Below, piece by piece: positions 36,935-46,963 of a stretch of DNA of 53,804 nucleotides. The translations under genes were made by a program, and so were the position numbers. Position 1 is the stretch's first letter. Every line of letters starts with the position of its first letter. This DNA is from Planctomycetota bacterium (GTDB lineage: Bacteria > Planctomycetota > B15-G4 > JADJEK01), in the NCBI GenBank assembly GCA_044225365.1, contig JBGAIQ010000040.1, positions 1-53,804 of the forward strand. The letters are read 5' to 3'. The notes beneath the pieces are model-generated. The model worked only from the letters and a program-made list of their open reading frames with translations. It did not search any database and was not told the DNA's origin.

Positions 36935-39238
36935 ATGCGTCGCCTTCGCGCCTTCCGGCGAGCTGCTGCTGCAGCGCTCGTCGCGTTCAGTCCTTCCTTG
37001 CACGCAACTCCCCCCAGCATCGTCTTCCTCGGCGGTGGCCACGAGGACATCGCCGATCTCGCCGTCTCGCCGGACGATCAGTACATCGCGACCGCGAGCT
37101 TCGGCGACTCGACCGTCAAGCTCTGGCGCGTCGCCGATGGCCAGCTCGTGCGCACGTTCGCGGCGCACGTCTCGGGCGTCCACTCCGTCGCGTTCTCGCC
37201 GGACGGCAAGACTCTCGTTTCGGGCGGCGAATTCGTTTTCGGATCGAACGTGCAGGCCGTGATCCGGTGGAACATCGCCGACGGCCAAGTCCTGAAGCAG
37301 TACGACACCGGCGCGCAGGGCGCGAACGCGGTCGCGTTCTCGCCCGACGGGACGAAGATCGCCGCTGCGCTCACGAGCAGTGCGACGCGCGTCTACTCCG
37401 CGGCCACCGGGCAACTGCTGTTCACCGCGCAGAGCAGTACATTCCAGGCGTTCGCCGTCGCGTGGTCGCACGATGGGTCGCGCCTCGCCGTCGGCTACGG
37501 CAACGATCACCTCGTGAAGCTGTTCAGCGGCGCGAATGGGGCGCTGCAGAAGACGCTCACCGGCCACACGTTCTTCGTGACCGGCGTCGCGTTCTCGCCC
37601 GACGACCAGACGCTCGCGACCTGCAGTTGGGATCAGACTGCGCGAGTGTGGAACACCACGACGGGAGCGCTCGTGAAGACGATCAGCCCGAACGCGGACG
37701 CGCTCGAGAGCATCGACTTCTCGCCGGACGGTCAAAGCGTGCTGCTCGCATGCCTCGATTCGAAGGTTCGACGCATCCGAGTGTCCGATGGAGTGGTGCT
37801 CCAGAGCTTCACCGAGCCCGATATCGAAGTGCTCGACGTCGCACGCTTCGCGCATGACGGTCAGTCGATCTGGTCGGGTAGCGGCGATGCGCACGCGCGG
37901 CGCTTTTCGATCGCATCGGGGCAACTCGCAGCGAAGGTGGGGCATCACTCGGCAGCGATCGGCGGCGTGGCGGTCGCGGCCGACGGCTCGCAGATCGCGA
38001 CGTCGAGTCACGACCAGACCGTTCGGCTGTGGGACGCCACGAGTGGCGTCGATCAGAAGACCCTCGTCGGGCACCACGACATCATCAACTCGGTGTCGTT
38101 CGATCCGAGCGGAACGAGGATCGCGTCGGCGGCGGGATCTCCGCCTCCGGACACAAAGGATCCGACGATCAAGCTGTGGAGCACGACGACGGGCAGCACC
38201 CTCTTCACGCTGCCGGGACACACGGGAGGATCGTTCGGCGTCGCGTGGTCGCCCGTTGTCGGCGCCGAGCGCATTGCGTCTTGCGGTTCCGACAAGTCGG
38301 TCAAGCTGTGGAACAGCGCGAACGGGACGCTCGTCGCGACGCTCCTCGGCCACACGAGTGAGGTGCATGGCGTCGCGTACTCCCCCGACGGCTCGAAGAT
38401 CGCTTCGGCGAGCTACGACGGAACCGTTCGAGTGTGGGACGCGCAGAACCAGCAAGCACTGCTCACGATGACCGAGCCGACGAGCGGCGGGCTCACGTGC
38501 GTCGCGTGGTCGAAGGACGGCACGAAGATCGCCGCCGGCGTCGCGCAGTACGGCGACAACGTTCGAGTATGGAGCGCGACGAGCGGCCAGTTGCTTTCCA
38601 CGTTCTCCGATCCCAATGGATTCGTCCAGAGTGTCGCGTTCTCGCCGGATGGCTCGAGCGTCGCGAGCGGTTCGGGCTACTCGCGCGAAGTGCGCGTGTT
38701 CTCGCTCGCAAGCGGCCAGCTCACGGAGGATCTCACGAGCGAGACGGGATGGGGGAGCGACGTGACGCTTCCCTTGACCTACGCGCCGAACGGTCGACTC
38801 GTCTTCGGTCGCAGCGATGCGACGCTCGTGGTTGCGGGCTGCAAGTCGGTGGCGACGTCGTATGGGACGGGCTGCGCCGGCTCGGGCGGCGCGATCCCCT
38901 CGCTTGCCTTTTCAGGCTGCGCGACTCCGGCGGCGCCCGTCGCGATCTCGATCACGTCCGGCCTCGGCGGTTCACCCGCGCTCGTGTTCTTCGGTGCGTC
39001 GCAGGCCGCGGTCCCACTCCCCGGCGGGTGCATTCTCGGCGTGTTCCCCGTCCTGCCGACGCCCCTCACGTTCGTGCTCGGCGGCAGCGGCGCGGGCCAG
39101 GGAACGATCGTCGTTCCCGGTGCGATCCCGGCGGGTACACCGCCGGGGTCGTTCGCGGCGCAGGCCTTCGTGCTCGATGCCGGGGTGCCGCGGGGATACG
39201 CGGCGACCAATGGAATCGCAGTGACGATCGCGAACTGA
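36935..39238 (+). CDS. Secreted WD40-repeat protein with shared C-terminal domain
   Basis: Many GH...V..VAFSPDG..LA..S.D.TV..W repeats; signal-like N-terminus. Confidence 0.9.
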   Translation: MRRLRAFRRAAAAALVAFSPSLHATPPSIVFLGGGHEDIADLAVSPDDQYIATASFGDSTVKLWRVADGQLVRTFAAHVSGVHSVAFSPDGKTLVSGGEFVFGSNVQAVIRWNIADGQVLKQYDTGAQGANAVAFSPDGTKIAAALTSSATRVYSAATGQLLFTAQSSTFQAFAVAWSHDGSRLAVGYGNDHLVKLFSGANGALQKTLTGHTFFVTGVAFSPDDQTLATCSWDQTARVWNTTTGALVKTISPNADALESIDFSPDGQSVLLACLDSKVRRIRVSDGVVLQSFTEPDIEVLDVARFAHDGQSIWSGSGDAHARRFSIASGQLAAKVGHHSAAIGGVAVAADGSQIATSSHDQTVRLWDATSGVDQKTLVGHHDIINSVSFDPSGTRIASAAGSPPPDTKDPTIKLWSTTTGSTLFTLPGHTGGSFGVAWSPVVGAERIASCGSDKSVKLWNSANGTLVATLLGHTSEVHGVAYSPDGSKIASASYDGTVRVWDAQNQQALLTMTEPTSGGLTCVAWSKDGTKIAAGVAQYGDNVRVWSATSGQLLSTFSDPNGFVQSVAFSPDGSSVASGSGYSREVRVFSLASGQLTEDLTSETGWGSDVTLPLTYAPNGRLVFGRSDATLVVAGCKSVATSYGTGCAGSGGAIPSLAFSGCATPAAPVAISITSGLGGSPALVFFGASQAAVPLPGGCILGVFPVLPTPLTFVLGGSGAGQGTIVVPGAIPAGTPPGSFAAQAFVLDAGVPRGYAATNGIAVTIAN

Positions 39239-39326
39239 CGCGAGCCGACACCGCTCGGAACGGCCCGAATGGGCATTTCCAACGCTCCTGTGACCATCGA
39301 CCCGGATTCCGGGTTAGAATCCTCGC

Positions 39327-39911
39327 GTGTTGGACCCAGGATTGGAACAGCTCGCAGAGTGCACTCGGCGCATCGGCGAACTCGAGCCGAGTGCGCAGAA
39401 GTCGTTCGCGCCCACATTGTATCGCGAGATGCACGCGGTCGCGAGCGGCCTCCTGCGTCGCAACAAACCCGGAGAGACGCTGCAGCCGACCGCGCTGGTG
39501 CACGAGGCTTGGCTCAAGATCTCCAAACTCGAGCCGAGAGTCGAGCGCGGTCGCATGCAGTTCCTCGCGCTCGCCGCCAAGGCGATGCGCTCCGTGCTGG
39601 TCGATCACGCGCGGTCCAAGGGGGCCGATCGCCGCGGAGGCGCGCGGACGCGCGAGACACTTCATGACGTCACGCTCGCGTCGCAGGTGGATGCCGGCGA
39701 TCTCGTCGACCTCGACGAGGTCCTCCGCGAATTCGAGCGCGTCGATCCCGTGCGAGCGGCGATCGTCGAATTGATCTTCTTCGGCGGCCTGTCCGCGGAA
39801 GAAACGGCGGACGTGCTCGGTGTGTCGCGACGGTCGGTCGAACGCGGCTGGGTCATTGCGCGCGCCTGGTTGCATCGGCAGCTCGTGGGACGAGTCGAGC
39901 CCTCGCCATGA
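39327..39911 (+). CDS. ECF sigma factor, TIGR02999/ECF43-like
   Basis: TLQPTALVHEAWLKI, AAKAMRSVLVDHARSKGADRRGG, VELIFFGGLSAEETADVLGVSRRSVERGW. Confidence 0.92.
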   Translation: MLDPGLEQLAECTRRIGELEPSAQKSFAPTLYREMHAVASGLLRRNKPGETLQPTALVHEAWLKISKLEPRVERGRMQFLALAAKAMRSVLVDHARSKGADRRGGARTRETLHDVTLASQVDAGDLVDLDEVLREFERVDPVRAAIVELIFFGGLSAEETADVLGVSRRSVERGWVIARAWLHRQLVGRVEPSP

Positions 39912-42388
39912 GTTCGGAATGGGGGAATTGGGAGCGCGTCGCGGCGATCGTCGACGATTTGCTCGAACTTCCGAGCGCCGAGCGCGACGCTTCGATCGAG
40001 AGCCGTTGCGGCGACGACATGGAGTTGAAAGGCGCCGTGCGCGAATTGCTCGCGTCGATCGCGAGCGCCGAAACGGACGACTTCCTCGCCAAGCCCGCCG
40101 CCGTCGAACACGGTTTTCCCGAGGATCCGATCGCTACGAGTCTCGAGGGATCGGTCGTTGGCGGATTCGAGATCGGAGCCGTTCTCGGTCGAGGCGGGAT
40201 GGGCGTCGTCTTTGCCGCGAAGCAGAAACAGCCCGATCGACAGGTGGCCGTCAAGGTCCTCCGCCCGATCCATGCGTCGCGCGACGCGATCTCCCGGTTC
40301 GAAGTGGAGGCCGAGATCCTCGGCCGACTGCATCATCCCGGCATCGCGAGCGTCTTCGCATCCGGTATCCACCGCTTCGAAGGCGACGGACTCGCGTTCG
40401 TTCTGCCGTGGTACGCGATGGAGTTCATCGACGGCGCGCGCACCCTCACGGAGCACGTTCGCAGCGAAGCGCTTCCGCGATCCGCGCGCTTCGAGTTGTT
40501 CGCGCGAGTCTGCGACGCCGTCGCCCACGCCCACGCGATGGGAGTCATCCACCGCGACTTGAAGCCGGCCAACATCCTGGTCGACCACGACGGCCATCCC
40601 AAGGTCATCGACTTCGGGATCGCGCGCGCGCTCGGCGCCGATGGCGAGGCGAGGACGCGACATACCCACACCGGACAGTTGATCGGAACGCTGCGCTACA
40701 TGTCGCCCGAGCAGATCGATGGCGATCCGCGGCGCATCGACGTGCGCTGCGACGTCTACGCGCTCGGAGCGATCCTCTACGAGATCCTCGCCGGGCGGCC
40801 TGCCTTCGCGGTCGATGAATCGAGCATCGTCGATGCGATCTCCATCCTGCGCTCCTCCGAGCCTCTCGCGCTCTCCAAGATCGACCCCACGCTGCGCGGC
40901 GAACCCGAGTGGATCGTGCTGCGGGCGATGGAGAAGGACGTAGGACGGCGCTACGCGGGCGCCGCCGCTCTTCGCGACGACTGCAAACGCCTGCTCGCCC
41001 ACGAAGCGCTGGAGGCCGGCCCCCCGAGCGGGATCTATCGCGTCGCGAAGTTCGCGCGCCGCCATCGCGTCCTCGTGGGAGCGATCACGAGCGTCGTTCT
41101 CGCCCTCAGCGTCGGTCTGATCGCGACTCAGCGCGCACTGCAGCGAGCGATCCTCGCCGAAGCGAAGGCGACCGACGAAGCGACGACCTCGAATCAGGTC
41201 GTCGAGATGTTCCGCAGGGTCTTCGATTCGGCCTGCACCCAGAACAAGGGGCGCGAGCTCAAAGTGGTCGACGCGCTCTCCGACGCGGCCAGCTTCACGA
41301 TCTCCGAACTCTCGGCGAAGCCATACCTCGCCGCGCGGCTCATCGCGCAGATCTCGGGACTCCATAGCTCGCTCGGCAATCTGAAGGAGTCGCTCGAACT
41401 CGCCGAGCGCTCGATCGAACTCCTCGAGGCGGACGGACGACGGCTCACCGACGACGCGCTGACGATGCGCATCTCGGTCGTCGAATTGCGCGAGCGTCTC
41501 GGTGACTTCGATGGCGCCCGCAGGATGCTCGACGAATCCGAAGCGCTCGCGGCCACGTTCCTGCCGCCCGAATCCGCAGCACGCATCGATCTCGAGTTCG
41601 AACGCGGACTCCTGTTCGTGCGCAAGGGTGATGCGACGGCCGCCGAGCCCGTACTGCGCGCGGTCTGCGCAAGACGCGAAGCGCTCCTCGGAACGGACGA
41701 CGTGAACACGATCGCCGCGTGGAGCACGCTCAACGTCGTGCTGCTCGATCAGGGGAAGTTCGCCGAGGCCGAACCGATCGCGCGCCGATCGCTCGAGCAG
41801 ATGGAGCGCCTCCGGGGCCGCGACGATCCGGCATCGATCACGATGCGGGTCAATCTCGCATCGCTCCTCGGCGAAGCCGCCATCGGCAAGTATGCCGAAG
41901 CGCGCGATCAACTCATCGAAGCGCTCTCGTCGTACGAGCGAGTCACCGGTCTCGACTTCCCGGATGCCATCCTTGCCCTCGTGAACCTCGGCACGATCCG
42001 CAGCAGTCTCGACGAGAACGATCAGGCCATCGCCGATCTCGACACCGCGTGCGGACGCGCGAAGAACAAGTTCGGCCCCGCGCATCCGACGACGCTTCAA
42101 GCCATCTCCGCGCTTGCTCGCGTGAAGCTGTCCCTAGGCCGAATCGAGGAGGCGGAGAAGTCGCTCCGCGACGCCCTCGCCGCCGCGGCCGCGGCCTCGC
42201 AGGAACACGACATCATGTTCTTCCGCCTGCAGGCGACCCACGCCGACGCGCTGCGGCGGCTCGGCCGCACCGACGAAGCGCGCGCGCTCCTCACGGAAGC
42301 CCACGCGAAAGTGCGCCTCGCCCTCGGCGACGACGCCCAGGAAGTGCAGGACATGGCCGCGAGCCTGCGCAAGCTCGGGGCGAATTGA
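39908..42388 (+). CDS. Ser/Thr protein kinase with TM helix and TPR repeats
   Basis: LGRGGMGVV, VAVK, HRDLKPAN, DFGIA, YMSPEQ, C-terminal TPR-like repeats; ATGA overlap with the ECF gene. Confidence 0.92.
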   Translation: MSSEWGNWERVAAIVDDLLELPSAERDASIESRCGDDMELKGAVRELLASIASAETDDFLAKPAAVEHGFPEDPIATSLEGSVVGGFEIGAVLGRGGMGVVFAAKQKQPDRQVAVKVLRPIHASRDAISRFEVEAEILGRLHHPGIASVFASGIHRFEGDGLAFVLPWYAMEFIDGARTLTEHVRSEALPRSARFELFARVCDAVAHAHAMGVIHRDLKPANILVDHDGHPKVIDFGIARALGADGEARTRHTHTGQLIGTLRYMSPEQIDGDPRRIDVRCDVYALGAILYEILAGRPAFAVDESSIVDAISILRSSEPLALSKIDPTLRGEPEWIVLRAMEKDVGRRYAGAAALRDDCKRLLAHEALEAGPPSGIYRVAKFARRHRVLVGAITSVVLALSVGLIATQRALQRAILAEAKATDEATTSNQVVEMFRRVFDSACTQNKGRELKVVDALSDAASFTISELSAKPYLAARLIAQISGLHSSLGNLKESLELAERSIELLEADGRRLTDDALTMRISVVELRERLGDFDGARRMLDESEALAATFLPPESAARIDLEFERGLLFVRKGDATAAEPVLRAVCARREALLGTDDVNTIAAWSTLNVVLLDQGKFAEAEPIARRSLEQMERLRGRDDPASITMRVNLASLLGEAAIGKYAEARDQLIEALSSYERVTGLDFPDAILALVNLGTIRSSLDENDQAIADLDTACGRAKNKFGPAHPTTLQAISALARVKLSLGRIEEAEKSLRDALAAAAAASQEHDIMFFRLQATHADALRRLGRTDEARALLTEAHAKVRLALGDDAQEVQDMAASLRKLGAN

Positions 42389-42541
42389 GCGCCGGCTCGC
42401 GGCCACGCGCGCCGGCGTCTTCACGCGCGCCGTGATCGTCCTTGCGGTCGTAGGCGTTCCCGGATACGTTCACACCCCCTGTCGAGGCGTTGACCCCAAG
42501 GAAGCGATTTCACCATCGCTCCCGAGCCTTGACTCGGACAA

Positions 42542-42619
42542 CGGGCCGTAGCTCAGCTTGGCTAGAGTGCTTGCTTGGGGTGCAAGAGGTCGGGAGTTCA
42601 AATCTCCTCGGCCCGACCA
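42542..42619 (+). tRNA. tRNA-Pro(GGG)
   Basis: Acceptor stem CGGGCCG/CGGCCCG-A-CCA, anticodon stem CTTGC/GCAAG with loop TTGGGGT, T-loop GTTCAAATC. Confidence 0.95.
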
Positions 42620-42725
42620 GACATAAAAGAGGCAGCAGAGGGGGGTTCGAAGCCCCGCGAAGGTCAAAGTGACCCCCCTCCGCTCCTGTTTCTACGCCAC
42701 GTTTACGCCATGACTCCAAAAGGGC

Positions 42726-44051
42726 ATGGCGACGCGGAAGCTCGAAGGAGCCCCGCGGTGGAAGGAGCAGGAGCCAATGCAGATTCGCCACACCAGCCCG
42801 CCCCAGATCGTTTGGAAGGAGCGCGTCGGCGACCGTTGGGTCGGACGCACGCTCACCGTCAACGCGAAGAACCTCGAGGCCTACGGCATCGCCGCGCCCG
42901 CGAGTCGGGATCGCAAGGCGATCACGCCGTGGCACGCGAAGCGATTGCTGAACGTGCTGCGCGACCTCGAGCGCGAAACCCGAGAGAAGGGTCACGATCG
43001 GCTGCGCATCACCCTGCGCGAGATGATCGACATCTTCCTCACGAACATGCGGGTCGCGCCCGGCTTTGGTCGCCGCCGCGAGCGCGCGCTGCGATCGGGG
43101 GCGAAGATCACGATCGACGAGAAGGGAAAGGAGAAGCGGCCGCCGAACCTCAAGCACGTCGACATCAGCCTGCTCTCGTCCGTCGGCGACCTTCCGCTGC
43201 GATCGATCACGAGCGAGCACGTGCTGCGCCACCAGCGATTCCTCGAGTCGCAGGGCTACGCGCCGATGTCCGTCCGAGGCTTCCTGCTCGACGTCCGCGC
43301 GCTGTTCAACTACGCGGTGCGCCACAACTACCTCGACCGCAGCCCGGCCGAGCGCGTCACGCTGCCGCCGAGCGAGCCGACGTCCGGCCTGCGCTTCCTG
43401 AGTCAGGACCAGATCGACAAGCTCCTCGAGATCGCAGGCGACCCGTTGAAGTACGACCCGGACAAGCGCAACCATCTCGAGCGATCCACGAAGAAGGGTC
43501 GCAGCGGCTTCCTGCCGGCGATCGGCAACAACGTGATCTCCCAGGTCCTTCCTGGTTTCCTCTACCTCGGCGTGCGGCGCAGCGAGCTTTGCCGCATTCG
43601 CTGGAGCGACGTCGACTTCGAGCGAGGCATCGTCCGGATCCGAGGCGCGCGCAAGAATCCGGCGCGGGTGGAGCGCATTCGCGAGTTGCCGATCCCCAAC
43701 CAGTTCTTGCCATTCCTCAGCAGTCGCCCACGGACTTCCGAGTTCGTGTTCACGAACTCGACGGGCAAGCCGTGGAACGTAAATTCGCTTGGGTCGGCAT
43801 TGCGCCACTTCGTGGAGACCCATCACGAACGGCTCGGCTTCGACTTCGACTTCCAGACCCTGCGGCGAACCTATGGTTCGACTCTGTACGGCAAGAGGTT
43901 GTCGATGGACCAGATCGCGACATTCCTTGGACACTCCGACGTTTCGACGACCCGCACGTGGTACGTGAGTCTGAAGGCCGAGGATCTTCGTGAAAAGGTT
44001 ACGGCAGCGTTCGCTTCGAGATCCGGCCGGAAGGCGACGGCATCGACCTGA
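42726..44051 (+). CDS. Tyrosine recombinase / integrase
   Basis: LYLGVRRSELCRIRWSDVDF, FQTLRRTYGS, LGHSDVSTTRTWY; SAM-like domain upstream. Confidence 0.92.
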   Translation: MATRKLEGAPRWKEQEPMQIRHTSPPQIVWKERVGDRWVGRTLTVNAKNLEAYGIAAPASRDRKAITPWHAKRLLNVLRDLERETREKGHDRLRITLREMIDIFLTNMRVAPGFGRRRERALRSGAKITIDEKGKEKRPPNLKHVDISLLSSVGDLPLRSITSEHVLRHQRFLESQGYAPMSVRGFLLDVRALFNYAVRHNYLDRSPAERVTLPPSEPTSGLRFLSQDQIDKLLEIAGDPLKYDPDKRNHLERSTKKGRSGFLPAIGNNVISQVLPGFLYLGVRRSELCRIRWSDVDFERGIVRIRGARKNPARVERIRELPIPNQFLPFLSSRPRTSEFVFTNSTGKPWNVNSLGSALRHFVETHHERLGFDFDFQTLRRTYGSTLYGKRLSMDQIATFLGHSDVSTTRTWYVSLKAEDLREKVTAAFASRSGRKATAST

Positions 44052-44608
44052 ACAGCGGCATTCAATACGAGCGTTGCGGTTCGATCCGCCCTTCAAGCTC
44101 ACTCGTTCTGTCGTCGTTGGACCGATCGATATTCTTCGCGGCGAAGCGCGACGCCTTCGAAGCGGCGGTACGCGGCTTTTGGCGAGGTGCGCAGTACGCC
44201 CGCTGCTTCGTCGGTGGCGACTGGCTTCGTCGTTAGCTCGCCGGCGACACTCGCGTGGTCTACATTCGGCTGAGCCGCTCGAATGCGACGACCCCGGCGC
44301 GGTCGTCTCGTACCGTGTCGCTCTGCTCACTGCCGACCTAGACGGGAGGCGCGTCCACGAGGTCCAGGTCTCGGCGCATGGTGGGATCGGGATCCGCTCG
44401 GCGGAGTGCTCCGCTCGTGGTTCCTGCACGTCCAGCAGACCCGCGGCAAGTCCTTCACGTTCAAGGTCGACTTCGAGCCCTTGCGCCGCTCGGACCGCTC
44501 GTTCCGCGATCACTCCGGGTTGGCATTCGATGAAGCCGTGGAGCTTCAATGCGTGGGGCACGTGAACGCGGCACGATGTGGAGACGTCTGACTTCACGTG
44601 AACAGTCA

Positions 44609-44854
44609 TCACGGACGAGAGGCGGCGGCCTTCCGCTGACGTCGAAAAGGGGGCCGTCGAAACGTCGAGCTGGAATCGATCCAAGCGACGAGTTCGTCTC
44701 TTCTGACCAGGTAGGTTTGCCCGATCTTTCGGGCGGGCATGCCGAGCCGGAGGTAGCGGTAGATGGTCTTGGGGCGCTTGCGGAGCACCTCGGCGACCTC
44801 GGGGATCGTCAGATATATGCTCCGCAGGTCAGTCAGGGTACCGTTGTCATTCAT
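44609..44854 (-). CDS. Excisionase-like HTH protein (HTH_17 type)
   Basis: YLTIPEVAEVLRKRPKTIYRYLRLGMPARKIGQTYLVRRDELVAWI. Confidence 0.85.
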   Translation of the reverse strand: MNDNGTLTDLRSIYLTIPEVAEVLRKRPKTIYRYLRLGMPARKIGQTYLVRRDELVAWIDSSSTFRRPPFRRQRKAAASRP

Positions 44855-45608
44855 GGCGATTGTTTGTCAAGTAGCGTTGCTGGGGTAGATGAGACGCGAG
44901 CGGGAGCTTCTGAGATTCGCGCCAGGATTGAGAAGAACGGGAGCCGCAAACGGTTGAATCTCGATGATCGACGAGTTCGAGATTCTGAGATTCCAGCTCA
45001 CTGATCGCTCTCGCTCGCGAATCCGCGCCCGCATCGCCTTGATTTGTTATAGGAAACCTACGACAACTAAGGAGCCATCCATTCGGCCATATCGTGAGAG
45101 CGTGTCGTCTCCGGCGTCCTGCACGTCGATGACTCATAATCGAGTCTCGTGCCAACAAGCACGCGCGAATGCCGAAACACGCTCTCGCCGAACAGACTCC
45201 GCAGCATCGAGGTCGCTGTCAAAGGTTCTCCTGCGAAAAAGTCGTCAAAGCGAGCATGGATCGACCGCGACCCTCTGTGATCGCTCCGATTCTGCCCCTG
45301 AACTTGAGCCCGGTTGAGATCGGTTGGGCGCTCATGGATATCCGAAGGTACGTGAACTAGAATCCTTTCAGATAATCAAATCTCGCGTTCACGCGACGAT
45401 TCGGACGTCCATGTCCGTCGCAGGTTTTTTCCCGAATTGACTCTCGAAGGACACTCATCGCGCAGGGCGAATTCGGCACCTGGCGAGAGAATCTTGAATT
45501 GCCTTCTGAGCGTTCACTTACGCGCCGAGCGCGCGAATGGATCCTCTATCGAATGGCGACACTCTCGCCAGGACTGCACAAGATTTTCTCAGCTTTCTTT
45601 GACCTGGC

Positions 45609-46910
45609 TTGGTTGACGTCACGTCATTACCGGCTGGAGCGATACCTGTCGTATCGCCAAATTCACTCGACCACCCAGTACAAGGCAATCCCTCGATGAC
45701 CCATTCCATTCCTCCGATGTGCATCGACTTCCCCGACGACCCTCGCAAGCAAGATGCTTGTATAACAGGCCCCCAGCCCCTTCTCCGAGTCGTCGCAACC
45801 GGGATCGATACCGCCGTTTTCTCGGCCTACGGCAACATCCGTCCCGAAGCACTGGACGCAATGCGAGCCTGCGTCGATCGCTCCCTCGATTCCGAGCCTG
45901 GCGAAGCTCTCTTCAAGATCGCGAGGACTCGACATCTTGTCTACCATCGTCGAGATACCGAGCTTCATCTCGAAGCGCCGTGCCAGTACCACGTGAAACT
46001 CCGCACGACTGCGACGAGACTCCCGACCGCCGAAGTCACGCTGCGGTCGGAGTTCCTTTGGAGTATCTCCTTGGCGGATGCTCTTGAGCGCGTCGGCGAG
46101 GTCCTGGACTGGTTGATCGAGTCACCCGATTGTGCCCTGAGCCGCCTCGAGCTTGCCGTCGACGTTCAAGGCGGGGGGTTCTCGCTGCGTAACCTCCCAG
46201 CGCATTCGGACCCGCGCTGGGCGTCGAGTCTCAAACGGCGCAAAGGGGAGTACCACAATTCTCAGCCGATTGAGCTCCGCTTCGGATCACGCAGAAATGT
46301 CGAGGTCATGGTCTACAACAAGTCATACCAGGTCGAGAGGAAGCCATTCGCGGAGTTCATTTGGAAGATTTGGGAAGACAACGGTGGCTCGAGGACGGCC
46401 GAGACCACAAGGGTCGAGGTTCGAGTCACACGTGACGAGATCGCTGAGAGTTCAGTCCGAGAACGCGGCCCGATTCAAAAGAAGGCTCCCGCGATACTCG
46501 CCTATGCGAACGAACTCTGGCAAAAAGCCACTTCGAGCTGGCTGTGCCTGCTCTACCACCCATCGAATCGGCCACCCAAAGCACGGGATTGGCCTACCGA
46601 TCCCCGATGGCGGGTCATTCAGAATGAGCGATTCAGCTCGGAGCCGCCGCCGGTGCCGCGCATCTACCGACCGTCATTCGACATGGACAAGAACCTGTGC
46701 AGCATCGCTGGCTACTTGACGAGCTTCGCGGCGATGAGGCGAATCACCGATCCGGAGACTGTGCTTTCGATTCTTCAGAAGGAACTCGAGAAGCGTGGAC
46801 ACCTGCTCAGCATCGCGTTCAGGCGGCGCGTTGAACAGAAGATGGCTCGATATGGGGTCTTCCCAATCGATGACGATCGGTGTGAGGAAGGTCCGCCAAC
46901 GGCATCTTGA
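45609..46910 (+). CDS. Replication initiation factor-like protein (Rep_trans-type); true start uncertain
   Basis: Ordered motifs GIDT, LSRLELAVD, LRFGSR...VYNKS, RVEVR match the xRxDxAxD / Y.GS...YxK / RxE series of this family. Confidence 0.65.
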   Translation: MVDVTSLPAGAIPVVSPNSLDHPVQGNPSMTHSIPPMCIDFPDDPRKQDACITGPQPLLRVVATGIDTAVFSAYGNIRPEALDAMRACVDRSLDSEPGEALFKIARTRHLVYHRRDTELHLEAPCQYHVKLRTTATRLPTAEVTLRSEFLWSISLADALERVGEVLDWLIESPDCALSRLELAVDVQGGGFSLRNLPAHSDPRWASSLKRRKGEYHNSQPIELRFGSRRNVEVMVYNKSYQVERKPFAEFIWKIWEDNGGSRTAETTRVEVRVTRDEIAESSVRERGPIQKKAPAILAYANELWQKATSSWLCLLYHPSNRPPKARDWPTDPRWRVIQNERFSSEPPPVPRIYRPSFDMDKNLCSIAGYLTSFAAMRRITDPETVLSILQKELEKRGHLLSIAFRRRVEQKMARYGVFPIDDDRCEEGPPTAS

Positions 46911-46963
46911 GAAACCGAGATTCGAGATCGCGCAGATTGAGCACGATGGATCGTGCGTCGAGC

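Noticed and set aside
44060-44600. Short plus-strand ORFs between integrase and xis
   Set aside because: Partly protein-like but no start signal or motif; not called
42510-44684. 724-aa ORF antisense to the integrase, with an ATG overlapping the xis stop (44609)
   Set aside because: Runs antisense through the whole integrase and the tRNA with no recognisable domain; most likely a shadow frame
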